DNA of 24,000 nt from assembly GCA_050012535.1 (NCBI GenBank), contig JBEKGZ010000006.1:2251-26250 (forward strand), written 5' to 3'. Origin of the DNA: Candidatus Bathyarchaeia archaeon (GTDB lineage: Archaea > Thermoproteota > Bathyarchaeia > 40CM-2-53-6). The notes beneath the pieces were generated by a model. That model saw nothing but the letters and a program-made list of their open reading frames with translations, was not told where the DNA came from and made no database searches. Below, piece by piece: positions 1-7,047 of the stretch. Made by a program: the position numbers and the translations under genes. Each line of letters starts with the position of its first letter. Position 1 is the first letter of the stretch.

Positions 1-347
1 GCCGTTCGCCATGGGTATTTGTCCTTGCCGATGTACTTCTTGGCAAGGTTGTCAATGTGCGCGTCGGCGCCTTCGATTGTCTGTGACTCGACGCGACCGT
101 GAATCACGATCTTGTCGTACATGTTGCTCTGATCAGCAACGGAAAGCGAAACCCGAGGCTCTCTGGTTACATTCTTCTGTTTCACGCGGCCCATTGCGGT
201 GTTTACGAGTATCGTGTCGCCTTCACGGTCAATCCAGACAGGCGCAACATGCGGCGCTCCATCTGGCATGATGGTTGCAAGAAACGCGAAATTCTTGCCC
301 TCGATCAGTTTGATAGCTTTGGCATTCAACTTCGCCGGCATCAGCAT
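1..347 (-). CDS. PPOX-class (pyridoxamine 5'-phosphate oxidase-like, FMN/F420-binding split-barrel) protein; C-terminal end lies outside the window
   Basis: Absent from the ORF track because it runs off the window edge. My reverse-complement translation from ATG 347-345 stays open for 115 codons: MLMPAKLNAKAIKLIEGKNFAFLATIMPDGAPHVAPVWIDREGDTILVNTAMGRVKQKNVTREPRVSLSVADQSNMYDKIVIHGRVESQTIEGADAHIDNLAKKYIGKDKYPWRT. The FAxLATxxxDGxPxxxPVW pattern is typical of the PNPOx-like family. An in-frame ATG at 461-459 also exists, but the family N-terminus pattern favours 347. Confidence 0.6.
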   Translation of the reverse strand, partial: MLMPAKLNAKAIKLIEGKNFAFLATIMPDGAPHVAPVWIDREGDTILVNTAMGRVKQKNVTREPRVSLSVADQSNMYDKIVIHGRVESQTIEGADAHIDNLAKKYIGKDKYPWRT

Positions 348-514
348 CACGATTCGTAACCGCTGCTCCTCAGCGGATGTAAGGTTTGCTTGGGGCTTGA
401 AGGGCGGCTTCTCGCACCTGACACCCGAATCACGAACCTGAATCGATCCCCGTTGATCCATTGTTGAGCTCGGGATCTGCTACAATACGGCTTCATCGTT
501 ACGCAATCGACACG

Positions 515-529
515 AAAAAAGAGAAAAAA
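515..529 (-). terminator. Double T6 tract on the minus strand
   Basis: The plus strand reads AAAAAAGAGAAAAAA, which is TTTTTTCTCTTTTTT on the minus strand. It lies about 510 nt downstream of the stop of the minus-strand gene 1043-1429 and upstream of the PPOX-like gene. Confidence 0.35.
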
Positions 530-727
530 GGAAGGAATACATCCGATTGGACGGCTATTGGCACCGTCTATTTCTTAGGCTTCTTCTTTGACTTCTTCGG
601 CATTCTTTGTTTGCTCCGGGGCTGTCGGCACGAATTAGGCGCCGATTCGCCCCTGATATGGGTATAGTGTTGAATTCGCGTTTAAATCTGTCGGTTTTTG
701 GTCATTCGGGGTCTCTTATGGGGTTGG

Positions 728-750
728 CGCGATTTTTTCGCGGATTTTTT
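728..750 (+). terminator. Hairpin plus double T6 tract (intrinsic-terminator-like) inside the long spacer
   Basis: CGCGA-TTTTT-TCGCG is followed by GATTTTTT. No plus-strand gene lies upstream, so its role is unclear. Confidence 0.3.
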
Positions 751-1042
751 GGGTGGAAGGGCGAAACAGCATGCTAGAGGTTGGGATAGTAGAGAGGCGC
801 GCCGGTTTCCCCTACATCGAAGGCGTCGACGTGAGCTCCGGCGAGATTTGCGCAAAAGAGACGGGTTCCTTTCGATTCAAACGCGACATTTGTAGGCTGA
901 AATAGTCAATTCTCCCGCACTCTGCAACTACCCGCGCACGAGGACTGTGCTTTTGAACCTTTTCGAATCGAACGTCTCTGGAGAATAATCAGGTGGCCTG
1001 GCCCCGAGGTCTCAGTCAGTTCGCAGGCTAATCTCACTGCGG

Positions 1043-1429
1043 TCAGGGTGCTTCGGTGTCTTGATTGCCCTTCGGAAGTAGGATGCCGTATCTTGCTGCG
1101 AGACTATTGACGACAGTAGGCATTCCGCTCGGATCGAAGCTAACAACGACGAGAAAGTCGTCTACATAGAAGGCCAAGAGATAGACCCGCGAGTACGCGA
1201 CAACCACCGAGTTGAGTTCTCCAGAACTGCCTACAAGCTCCCTCCAGAACAATCCCATGATGGTCGGGAACTCCTTCAGTGTTCGTTCCTCTGTTTTCGG
1301 ATCGACATAGCTTTTGGTTCCGGGACGTTGGGCATTTTCTAAGATGTCACCTCGTTGGTCGACAATTCCTACCCATCGTATCCCTTTGTCCAGCGCGAAG
1401 AGCTCGTCGACTAGTTCTTTGGCATTCAT
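1043..1429 (-). CDS. Hypothetical small cytoplasmic protein, possibly roadblock/LC7-like fold
   Basis: 128-aa ATG-initiated ORF with balanced composition. The pattern GIRWVGIVDQRGDIL ... ELNSVVVAYSRVYLLAFYVDDFLVVVSFDP resembles the alternating beta-strand pattern of roadblock/LC7 (MglB-like) domains. The fold assignment is inference only. Confidence 0.65.
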   Translation of the reverse strand: MNAKELVDELFALDKGIRWVGIVDQRGDILENAQRPGTKSYVDPKTEERTLKEFPTIMGLFWRELVGSSGELNSVVVAYSRVYLLAFYVDDFLVVVSFDPSGMPTVVNSLAARYGILLPKGNQDTEAP

Positions 1430-1573
1430 GGCAGCGTTCAGCGTATCCTAGACAGAGCTCGTACTTAGCTGTGCAACAAACGTTTTCATGCATTTTGGCA
1501 GTCTCTTCGCAGCCGAATTTGATGCAATCATAATAGTCTCCTTACACAGAGGTCTTACTGAGGATAGCAACCA

Positions 1574-2017
1574 TTGGATGATGACAGCCGACAAAATGGT
1601 CGGGTTCTGATTGCTCGGGCCGTCGAGTTCCATGGACATCTAGGGCCTTTCCTGATCCTTGGAATTCGCATGGGCGTGATTGCACGATCCATGCTGAAAA
1701 CTCAGAATCTCAATGACCTGGCGGCCATCATGTTTGTCAACCCCAAACCTCCAGCGTCGTGTGCAGTGGACGGAGTACAGATAGCCTCAGGTTGCACACT
1801 CGGCAAGGGCACAATTCGAGTATCCGAATCAACTGATCGCGTTGCAGGGGAGTTCCACGCTGGAAACCGAACATGCACAGTGACGGTGAAGCCCGAGTTA
1901 CTCAATTGGTTCCTAGACGGCCTAAGGAACGCAACAGAGAAAGAAGTTCTTGAAATGGCGGAAGCTGTGTTGGCACGTCCAGACGAGGAGCTATTCCAGA
2001 TCACCATGGTTACCTGA
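1574..2017 (+). CDS. FmdE-domain protein (formylmethanofuran dehydrogenase subunit E-like family)
   Basis: 147 aa. Shows FHGHLGPFLILGIRMG and SCAVDGVQIASGCTLGKGTI, matching the FHGHxCPG / CxvDxiQvxtGCTxGKgn signature of the FmdE family. The TTG start at 1574 is forced, because there is no in-frame ATG before the FHGH motif. Confidence 0.75.
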   Translation: MDDDSRQNGRVLIARAVEFHGHLGPFLILGIRMGVIARSMLKTQNLNDLAAIMFVNPKPPASCAVDGVQIASGCTLGKGTIRVSESTDRVAGEFHAGNRTCTVTVKPELLNWFLDGLRNATEKEVLEMAEAVLARPDEELFQITMVT

Positions 2018-2053
2018 ATCTGCGCAAGAAGATCGAGCAGGAACGTCAGGTTG

Positions 2054-3391
2054 TTAGGATCCGAATTCCTTCTTCACTCTCTGAAGACCTCTCCGCATTG
2101 CAGCGAGGATTCTTACTAGGTCTTCCTGAGAATGTGCGGCAACGAGTCCATGATGGAAGAGCGTGATCGGGAGAGCATAGACACCTTCTCGAAGCATCTC
2201 TGCCTGAAAGACTTTGAACCGTTCATAATCGGCCTTGGCTGCGGACCTGTAGTCTCTGACTTCCTCATCAGTGAAGTAGACTTGGAATTGCCCTCCGAGG
2301 GCCTGCAATCGAGCCGAGATGCCTAGTTCCTCTGCCAGCCTATCGAATTTCTTTTCAAGGTCCGCAGACTGATCATTCAACTTCCTCTGGATCTCACCGT
2401 TCTTGAGAACATCAAGAGTCGCAAGTGACGCAGCAACGCAGACTTGGCTGCTGTTGTATACACCTGCCCAACCAACCTTGCCCCCGGGCTCGGTGACTCT
2501 CATTACGTCTCTTCTCCCGGCGACAGCACTCATTGGGAAGCCATTCGCGATCGCTTTGGCAAACGTCGCCATGTCAGGGGTGATGCCATAGTATTCTTGC
2601 GCTCCTCCTGGTGCAACCCGAAAACCCGAGATTATCTCGTCAAATATGAGAAGCACATCATTGTCGTTCGTGATTTCCTTCAGGCCTTTCAGGTAGCCTT
2701 GTTCTGGGCATGCGCAGCCGACGTTGAACATTATAGGTTCTATGATGACGGCTGCAAGTTCTCTTCGATTCTTCTTGATGATCTTCTCAGCGCTTTCAAG
2801 ATCATTGAACGGCATCACAATCGTGGATCTCGTCGCTGTCTTGAGTAAACCAAGATTCTCCGGCACGCCTCGTGGTCTGCTTCTAGGTCCGGCTTTCCTT
2901 AGGTTGGGCTTGTGGCTGATCGCTGCCGAGTCGTGCCAGCCGTTGTATCCGCCCTCAAGCTTGACAATCTTCTGCCTGCCCGTGTATCCCCGCGCGATCA
3001 TCATGGCTTTCATCACGGCCTCGGTGCCAGAGTTCGAAAACTTCACAGACTCGGCACAAGGAACCATTTCGTTGATCTTTTCCGCCGCCCTGATGTTGAG
3101 TTCTGTCTCTACTCCGCAGGTCAGACCCGTCTCGAGTTGTTCATTGACCGCCTTTGTGACCCGTTCGTCTCCGTGCCCCAGAATAAGGCCTGACATGTTG
3201 ATGACGCAATCGATGTACTCGTTTCCATTGACATCCCACAGCCTTGATCCCTTGCCCCGCGCGAACCAGAGGGGATGTGGGTCAAAGAATCTGATGTTAG
3301 AGTGAGTGCCTCCAGGTACAATCGAGTCGATCTCTTGGTAGAAGCTCTTTGACCTGTCAGTTCTTCTTGCACGTGTGCTCATCATAGCCAC
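2054..3391 (-). CDS. Class III PLP-dependent aminotransferase, glutamate-1-semialdehyde 2,1-aminomutase-like paralogue
   Basis: 445 aa. Shows PGGTHSNIRFF, GHGDERV, FSNSGTEAVMKAMMIARGYTGRQKIVKLEGGYNGWHD, FDEIISGFRVAPGGAQEYYGITPDMATFAKAIANGFP (PLP lysine in FAKAI). The layout is GSAM/HemL-like but diverges at several HemL signature positions. A GGTGG lies just upstream of the ATG. Confidence 0.85.
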   Translation of the reverse strand: MAMMSTRARRTDRSKSFYQEIDSIVPGGTHSNIRFFDPHPLWFARGKGSRLWDVNGNEYIDCVINMSGLILGHGDERVTKAVNEQLETGLTCGVETELNIRAAEKINEMVPCAESVKFSNSGTEAVMKAMMIARGYTGRQKIVKLEGGYNGWHDSAAISHKPNLRKAGPRSRPRGVPENLGLLKTATRSTIVMPFNDLESAEKIIKKNRRELAAVIIEPIMFNVGCACPEQGYLKGLKEITNDNDVLLIFDEIISGFRVAPGGAQEYYGITPDMATFAKAIANGFPMSAVAGRRDVMRVTEPGGKVGWAGVYNSSQVCVAASLATLDVLKNGEIQRKLNDQSADLEKKFDRLAEELGISARLQALGGQFQVYFTDEEVRDYRSAAKADYERFKVFQAEMLREGVYALPITLFHHGLVAAHSQEDLVRILAAMRRGLQRVKKEFGS

Positions 3392-3705
3392 CTATTACCC
3401 TGATCGGTGCTCGCCATTGCCACTGATCTGAGCGCTCTAACTTATGCCTGTTCGAATTCATGACGCCGGCTTCACGGTCTCAGGCTCCTCCGAATCGTTC
3501 AAGGAACCGGATGCGTGACAGCCCCGTATGGCATTACAAGCACTTTCGAGTCCGTTCCGAGTCTGGCTGTCGCTTCGTCGAGCGCTGACTGGATAGTGGG
3601 CGCACGCGAAAACACTAGATTTGCAAGATCTCTTTCGAACGAGTGGTCGCATACGAGTGTCAGAGAGTTCGCGGCTAGATCGACAAGCCTTTAAGTGCGA
3701 GTTCA

Positions 3706-4035
3706 TTGGAGAACCGTTCGGCGAAAGAGTTGGCAATCGTAGGATACGAATGGCTCATCGTATTGGCTATCATAGTCGTACTATTTGTATGGGGTCCTCA
3801 GAAGCTGCCTGAGTTCGCGAAATCAATAGGATTGGCGCGCAAGGAGATCGAGAAGGCATACCACGAAGCATCGAATCCCACAGCCTCGCCTGTTGAGGCT
3901 GATCCCCTTGTCGAGACTGCCAAGAAGCTGGGTATCTCAACCGAGGGCAAGACCAGATCGCAGATATCGGACGAGATCGTGGCAAAAGGGAAGGCACCGG
4001 AAAAACCGGCGTCTCCTCCTCCCTCCTCCCCCTGA
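3706..4035 (+). CDS. tatA: Twin-arginine translocase subunit TatA/E
   Basis: One N-terminal TM helix (WLIVLAIIVVLFVW) followed by the hinge/amphipathic motif GPQKLPEFAKSIGLARKE, then a Pro/Ser-rich tail. It lies directly upstream of tatC. The track start is TTG 3706. An in-frame TTG at 3730 (MAIVGYEW...) would give a more typical short N-terminus and fits the TTTAAG element near 3690. Confidence 0.8.
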   Translation: MENRSAKELAIVGYEWLIVLAIIVVLFVWGPQKLPEFAKSIGLARKEIEKAYHEASNPTASPVEADPLVETAKKLGISTEGKTRSQISDEIVAKGKAPEKPASPPPSSP

Positions 4036-4162
4036 CTGCTTGTCTCCAAGAGGACAGTTCAGCGTGAACTTGACATAGGTGATTAGTCCCTCTCCCAAAG
4101 ACTTGAGTCCTATCTAGGGGAGGGATGATAGCACGCCGGAGCAAGAGAAGCACAACGATGTA

Positions 4163-5023
4163 GTGATGCCGTTTTGGGATCATGTTAACGAACTGGCGAA
4201 GCGCCTGAAGGTTGTGCTGTACGTTCTTGTTGTAAGCACGATTATCTTCATGGTCTTTCCATCAAATCTCAGCTTCCTCAGCAACCCGCTTCAATTCTAC
4301 GATCCCCTAGTGGCCCTTGTGCTGAGGCAGATTAGAGCACAGATACTACCGCCAAATGTAACGCTCATCGGTTACGAATTGACAGTCCCTTTGGAACTCT
4401 ATATGATCGCATCATTCGTTATGGGATTCATTGTGAGCATTCCCGTAATCGCGTACGAGATACACCGGTTCGTAGATCCGGCGCTTTACCCGCATGAGCG
4501 AAGAGCGGTCTATCCGTTCGTATTGTCCTTCACAGGGTTGTTTATCCTTGGTGCCGCTTTCGGCTATGTAATCCTAATGCCGTTCATGATTTGGGGGCTT
4601 TTCCCGTTCTTCACAGCGATGGGTGCAGCACGGATAATCTCGATAATGGATTTCTACAACATGGTCTTCGTTTCAACACTCCTGAGCGGACTTATCTTCA
4701 CATGGCCAGTGTTCTTCATTCTACTTGTCAGATTCGGTGTCCTTCGAACGTCGATGATCACGAGCAATCGGAAATACGTTTACGCAGCCATGTACATTAT
4801 CACGGCTTTCGTGACGCCTGACGGAGGCCCGCTTGCCGATGTGATGCTTTTCATACCGATGGCCGCGCTAACTGAGCTTGCTGTATTCTTTGGAAAAAGA
4901 TTCGAGAAGTCTAGGCCGGCCACTGAGATACCAACAAGAGCGGTTAACAGGTGCAAGTTCTGTAGCGCAGAACTTGAACCCGGAAAGCCCTTCTGCGACA
5001 GCTGCGGAAAATCACAACTCTGA
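4163..5023 (+). CDS. tatC: Twin-arginine translocase subunit TatC with C-terminal CxxC-x10-CxxC zinc-ribbon tail
   Basis: 286 aa with a multi-helix hydrophobic core. The TatC-like N-terminus is MPFWDHVNELAKRLK, and the likely true start is ATG 4166. Sits next to tatA. The tail is RCKFCSAELEPGKPFCDSCGKSQL. Confidence 0.85.
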   Translation: MMPFWDHVNELAKRLKVVLYVLVVSTIIFMVFPSNLSFLSNPLQFYDPLVALVLRQIRAQILPPNVTLIGYELTVPLELYMIASFVMGFIVSIPVIAYEIHRFVDPALYPHERRAVYPFVLSFTGLFILGAAFGYVILMPFMIWGLFPFFTAMGAARIISIMDFYNMVFVSTLLSGLIFTWPVFFILLVRFGVLRTSMITSNRKYVYAAMYIITAFVTPDGGPLADVMLFIPMAALTELAVFFGKRFEKSRPATEIPTRAVNRCKFCSAELEPGKPFCDSCGKSQL

Positions 5024-5110
5024 CAGGTTTCCTGTGCCCGTGGATCTTAGCAAGACCTAAGTATGCTACATCTCTTGTACGGCTGCCGATAGCTTGCTGG
5101 AGGACTATTC

Positions 5111-5506
5111 ATGGGAAGGTCACGGTTTATTGTCGGTGCGCTCGGAATCGTTGTAGGGTTCTTTGTTTACCAATACGGACTCTTCTTGACATTACGCGAC
5201 TTAGAAGCATCCTTGGTCGGACTAGGCCTCCCTGATCTGAGCGCGGCCTTGCTTTCTCTGTTCGGATCACCAGCACTCACGGGAGCGATATTGCAGCTTA
5301 TCGGGGGGATAATAGCGATCGCCGGTCTCCTAGTATGCATTTCGTGGATTGGCTCTCAAAGGGTGATGCCACCCTCAATTAGGGCACAGAGAACAGCTGA
5401 ATTGGTTACCCAAACCTCGGACTCAGCGCCCAAATGCAAGTTCTGTGGTGCACTCATGGAATCTGGTATGGCTTTCTGTCCAAGCTGCCAGCGTGCACAG
5501 GCTTAG
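5111..5506 (+). CDS. Small membrane protein (2-3 TM) with C-terminal zinc ribbon
   Basis: 131 aa. GGAGGA at 5099-5104 lies 6 nt upstream of the ATG. Has hydrophobic helices FIVGALGIVVGFFVYQYGLFLTL and LTGAILQLIGGIIAIAGLLVCISWIG. The tail KCKFCGALMESGMAFCPSCQRAQA has the same spacing as the TatC tail. Confidence 0.7.
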   Translation: MGRSRFIVGALGIVVGFFVYQYGLFLTLRDLEASLVGLGLPDLSAALLSLFGSPALTGAILQLIGGIIAIAGLLVCISWIGSQRVMPPSIRAQRTAELVTQTSDSAPKCKFCGALMESGMAFCPSCQRAQA

Positions 5507-5514
5507 CCTCAGAC

Positions 5515-6711
5515 ATGTGGCACGAGACTAATGGAAAGAGGCGGTCCCTCGCCGGTAGAATGGGACGTCTTCATTTCTCAGTCTTCTTTGCCTCAATCGG
5601 AATCGCGTACGTCTATCTCATTCCTGCGTATGCCGAGCAGCTTGGCGCTGGTTACCTAGATCTGGGATTGATCGGAACAGTCAGATCATTGCCTTACACG
5701 TTTCTTCCGGCGATTGCGGGATATCTTGGGGACAGGTTCGGCAGACGGCGTCTCTATCTTCTTAGTATCTTTGCCATTGGCTCCGCAACATTGCTGCTTG
5801 CTGCAACAGGGACGATCGAGGGCATACTTGCTGTCCAACTGATCCTTGGGATTGGACTCTCACTATTCTGGCCAATATCAGAGGCATTGGTCTCAGAAAT
5901 CTCGTCTGCACAAGAACGCGTTTCGGCAATCGGGAAGTATGCCGTTGCTTGGGGTGTTGGTTTTCTGATCGGCCCGTTTGCTGGCGGGATCATTGCTCAG
6001 TTAGCCGGATTTCAGTCTACCTTCTTTGTCGCCGGAGTGCTCATCCTGATGACCGCAGGGTTATCAGTGGTCACAATCCGGGGAGAACAAGAACGGCATG
6101 GCAGCCCTGAGCAAGCTTCCGCAGGGCCATCGTGGCATGTACTCTCCGCAGTGCTTCCGATGCTCATAGTCCAGGTCCCGTATGCAATCGTACTTGCTTT
6201 CATCGTTTCGATCTTTCCTGGCTACGCAATCGAGTCCGGCCTCACACCGTCAGAGGTCGGGCTGCTTCTTTCCGGCTTTGGATTCGCAAGAACCATGGTG
6301 TTCTCTCTGTCTGGCAAATTAGGAAGAATAGGCGAGAGGAAGAGCATTGGGTTTGCTTTCTTAGGGATGATACCCGTGCTCCTTCTGATTCCACTCAACA
6401 GGAGTTTCATTGGGTTGTTTGTCGATTCATGTTTCTTGGGCGCATTCATCGGCATAATCTACCCGCAAACAGTGGCAATCGTATCCAAACGCTCTCCACC
6501 TCAGAACTTGGGTTTTGCAATAGGTGCCTACGAAGCGATCTTCGGCGTAGGCTTTGCCGTCGGACCTATTCTCTTAGGCTTTCTTGCTCAAACTGCGGGC
6601 CCTGACTTTGCATTGCTCGTTCTGGCGCTCGTCTCTCTTTCGGCCATTCCGGTTCTAGCATTTTCCGGACGCGATGCTGCAGGAAGGAAGGTTCCCACGC
6701 TAAAATTGTAG
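5515..6711 (+). CDS. Major facilitator superfamily (MFS) transporter
   Basis: About 12 predicted TM helices. Shows an MFS loop 2-3 signature, GYLGDRFGRRRLYLLS. I trimmed the track ORF (5434) to ATG 5515, because 5434-5506 overlaps the upstream zinc-ribbon gene in another frame and that gene stops at 5506. Confidence 0.85.
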   Translation: MWHETNGKRRSLAGRMGRLHFSVFFASIGIAYVYLIPAYAEQLGAGYLDLGLIGTVRSLPYTFLPAIAGYLGDRFGRRRLYLLSIFAIGSATLLLAATGTIEGILAVQLILGIGLSLFWPISEALVSEISSAQERVSAIGKYAVAWGVGFLIGPFAGGIIAQLAGFQSTFFVAGVLILMTAGLSVVTIRGEQERHGSPEQASAGPSWHVLSAVLPMLIVQVPYAIVLAFIVSIFPGYAIESGLTPSEVGLLLSGFGFARTMVFSLSGKLGRIGERKSIGFAFLGMIPVLLLIPLNRSFIGLFVDSCFLGAFIGIIYPQTVAIVSKRSPPQNLGFAIGAYEAIFGVGFAVGPILLGFLAQTAGPDFALLVLALVSLSAIPVLAFSGRDAAGRKVPTLKL

Positions 6712-6780
6712 TCAGCTCTATTGGACGATTCATCCATTTTCCTTTTATCGCCGTTTGGTCGCCGATGTGGTTCGATCCGA

Positions 6781-6987
6781 ATGGAGGTGAATGTTTTGAT
6801 CTTTCATCCCGGCGCCGGACTTGTTCTACTCGGTCTAGTCCGTCTTGTGTTGGGCGCGGCGCTTATCATCGGGGTGCTCTACCTGATCATGAAGCTTGCA
6901 AGATTGGCGGAAGCGATGACTGAAGCGAAGCGGGCGCTAACTCGATCGGGCCCATCTCAGACGCAGTCCGCGTCTTCGACAACATAA
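6781..6987 (+). CDS. Small single-pass membrane protein (hypothetical)
   Basis: Has a hydrophobic helix (GLVLLGLVRLVLGAALIIGVLYLIM) followed by a polar tail. A perfect GGAGGTGA Shine-Dalgarno sits at 6783-6790, 5 nt before an in-frame TTG at 6796, so the real start may be 6796. A C4T6 tract follows the stop. Confidence 0.45.
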   Translation: MEVNVLIFHPGAGLVLLGLVRLVLGAALIIGVLYLIMKLARLAEAMTEAKRALTRSGPSQTQSASSTT

Positions 6988-7016
6988 GCTCACGGATTAT
7001 CCGGAGGAGCTTCTTT

Positions 7017-7026
7017 CCCCTTTTTT
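7017..7026 (+). terminator. Oligo-T terminator candidate
   Basis: CCCCTTTTTT lies 30 nt after the stop of the 6781-6987 ORF, between convergent genes. Archaeal RNA polymerase terminates at T-runs. Confidence 0.45.
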
Positions 7027-7047
7027 CGTCTCTATTATTTCGGTTAT

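Noticed and set aside
748-775. GGTGGAAGGGCGAAACAGCA, vaguely like the SRP RNA helix 8 or RNase P GGGUGAAAC motifs
   Set aside because: This is an isolated partial match. None of the other conserved elements of either RNA is present on either strand of the spacer.
461-895. Track ORFs 461-667 and 698-895 in the long spacer
   Set aside because: Both have TTG starts and Arg-rich or low-complexity composition, with no SD or promoter context. I treat them as non-coding.
1576-1610. GATGATGA followed by CTGA near the FmdE-like start
   Set aside because: The spacing is 23 nt rather than 12, and the sequence is the coding start of a supported gene.
2132-3372. Several overlapping ORFs inside the aminotransferase gene: plus-strand 2132-2326, 2403-2591, 2444-2848, 2724-3305 and 2912-3193, and minus-strand 3121-3372
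   Set aside because: All lie inside the well-supported class III aminotransferase gene, either antisense or out of frame. None shows a recognisable motif.
3458-4183. Minus-strand ORFs 3458-3736, 3770-4183 and 3798-4049, and plus-strand ORFs 3621-3812 and 3893-4078
   Set aside because: They overlap tatA or its promoter region, have Arg/Ser-rich composition, and show no motifs.
5434-5514. N-terminal extension of the MFS ORF
   Set aside because: It overlaps the zinc-ribbon codons of the upstream gene in another frame. ATG 5515, just after that gene's stop, gives a normal MFS N-terminus.
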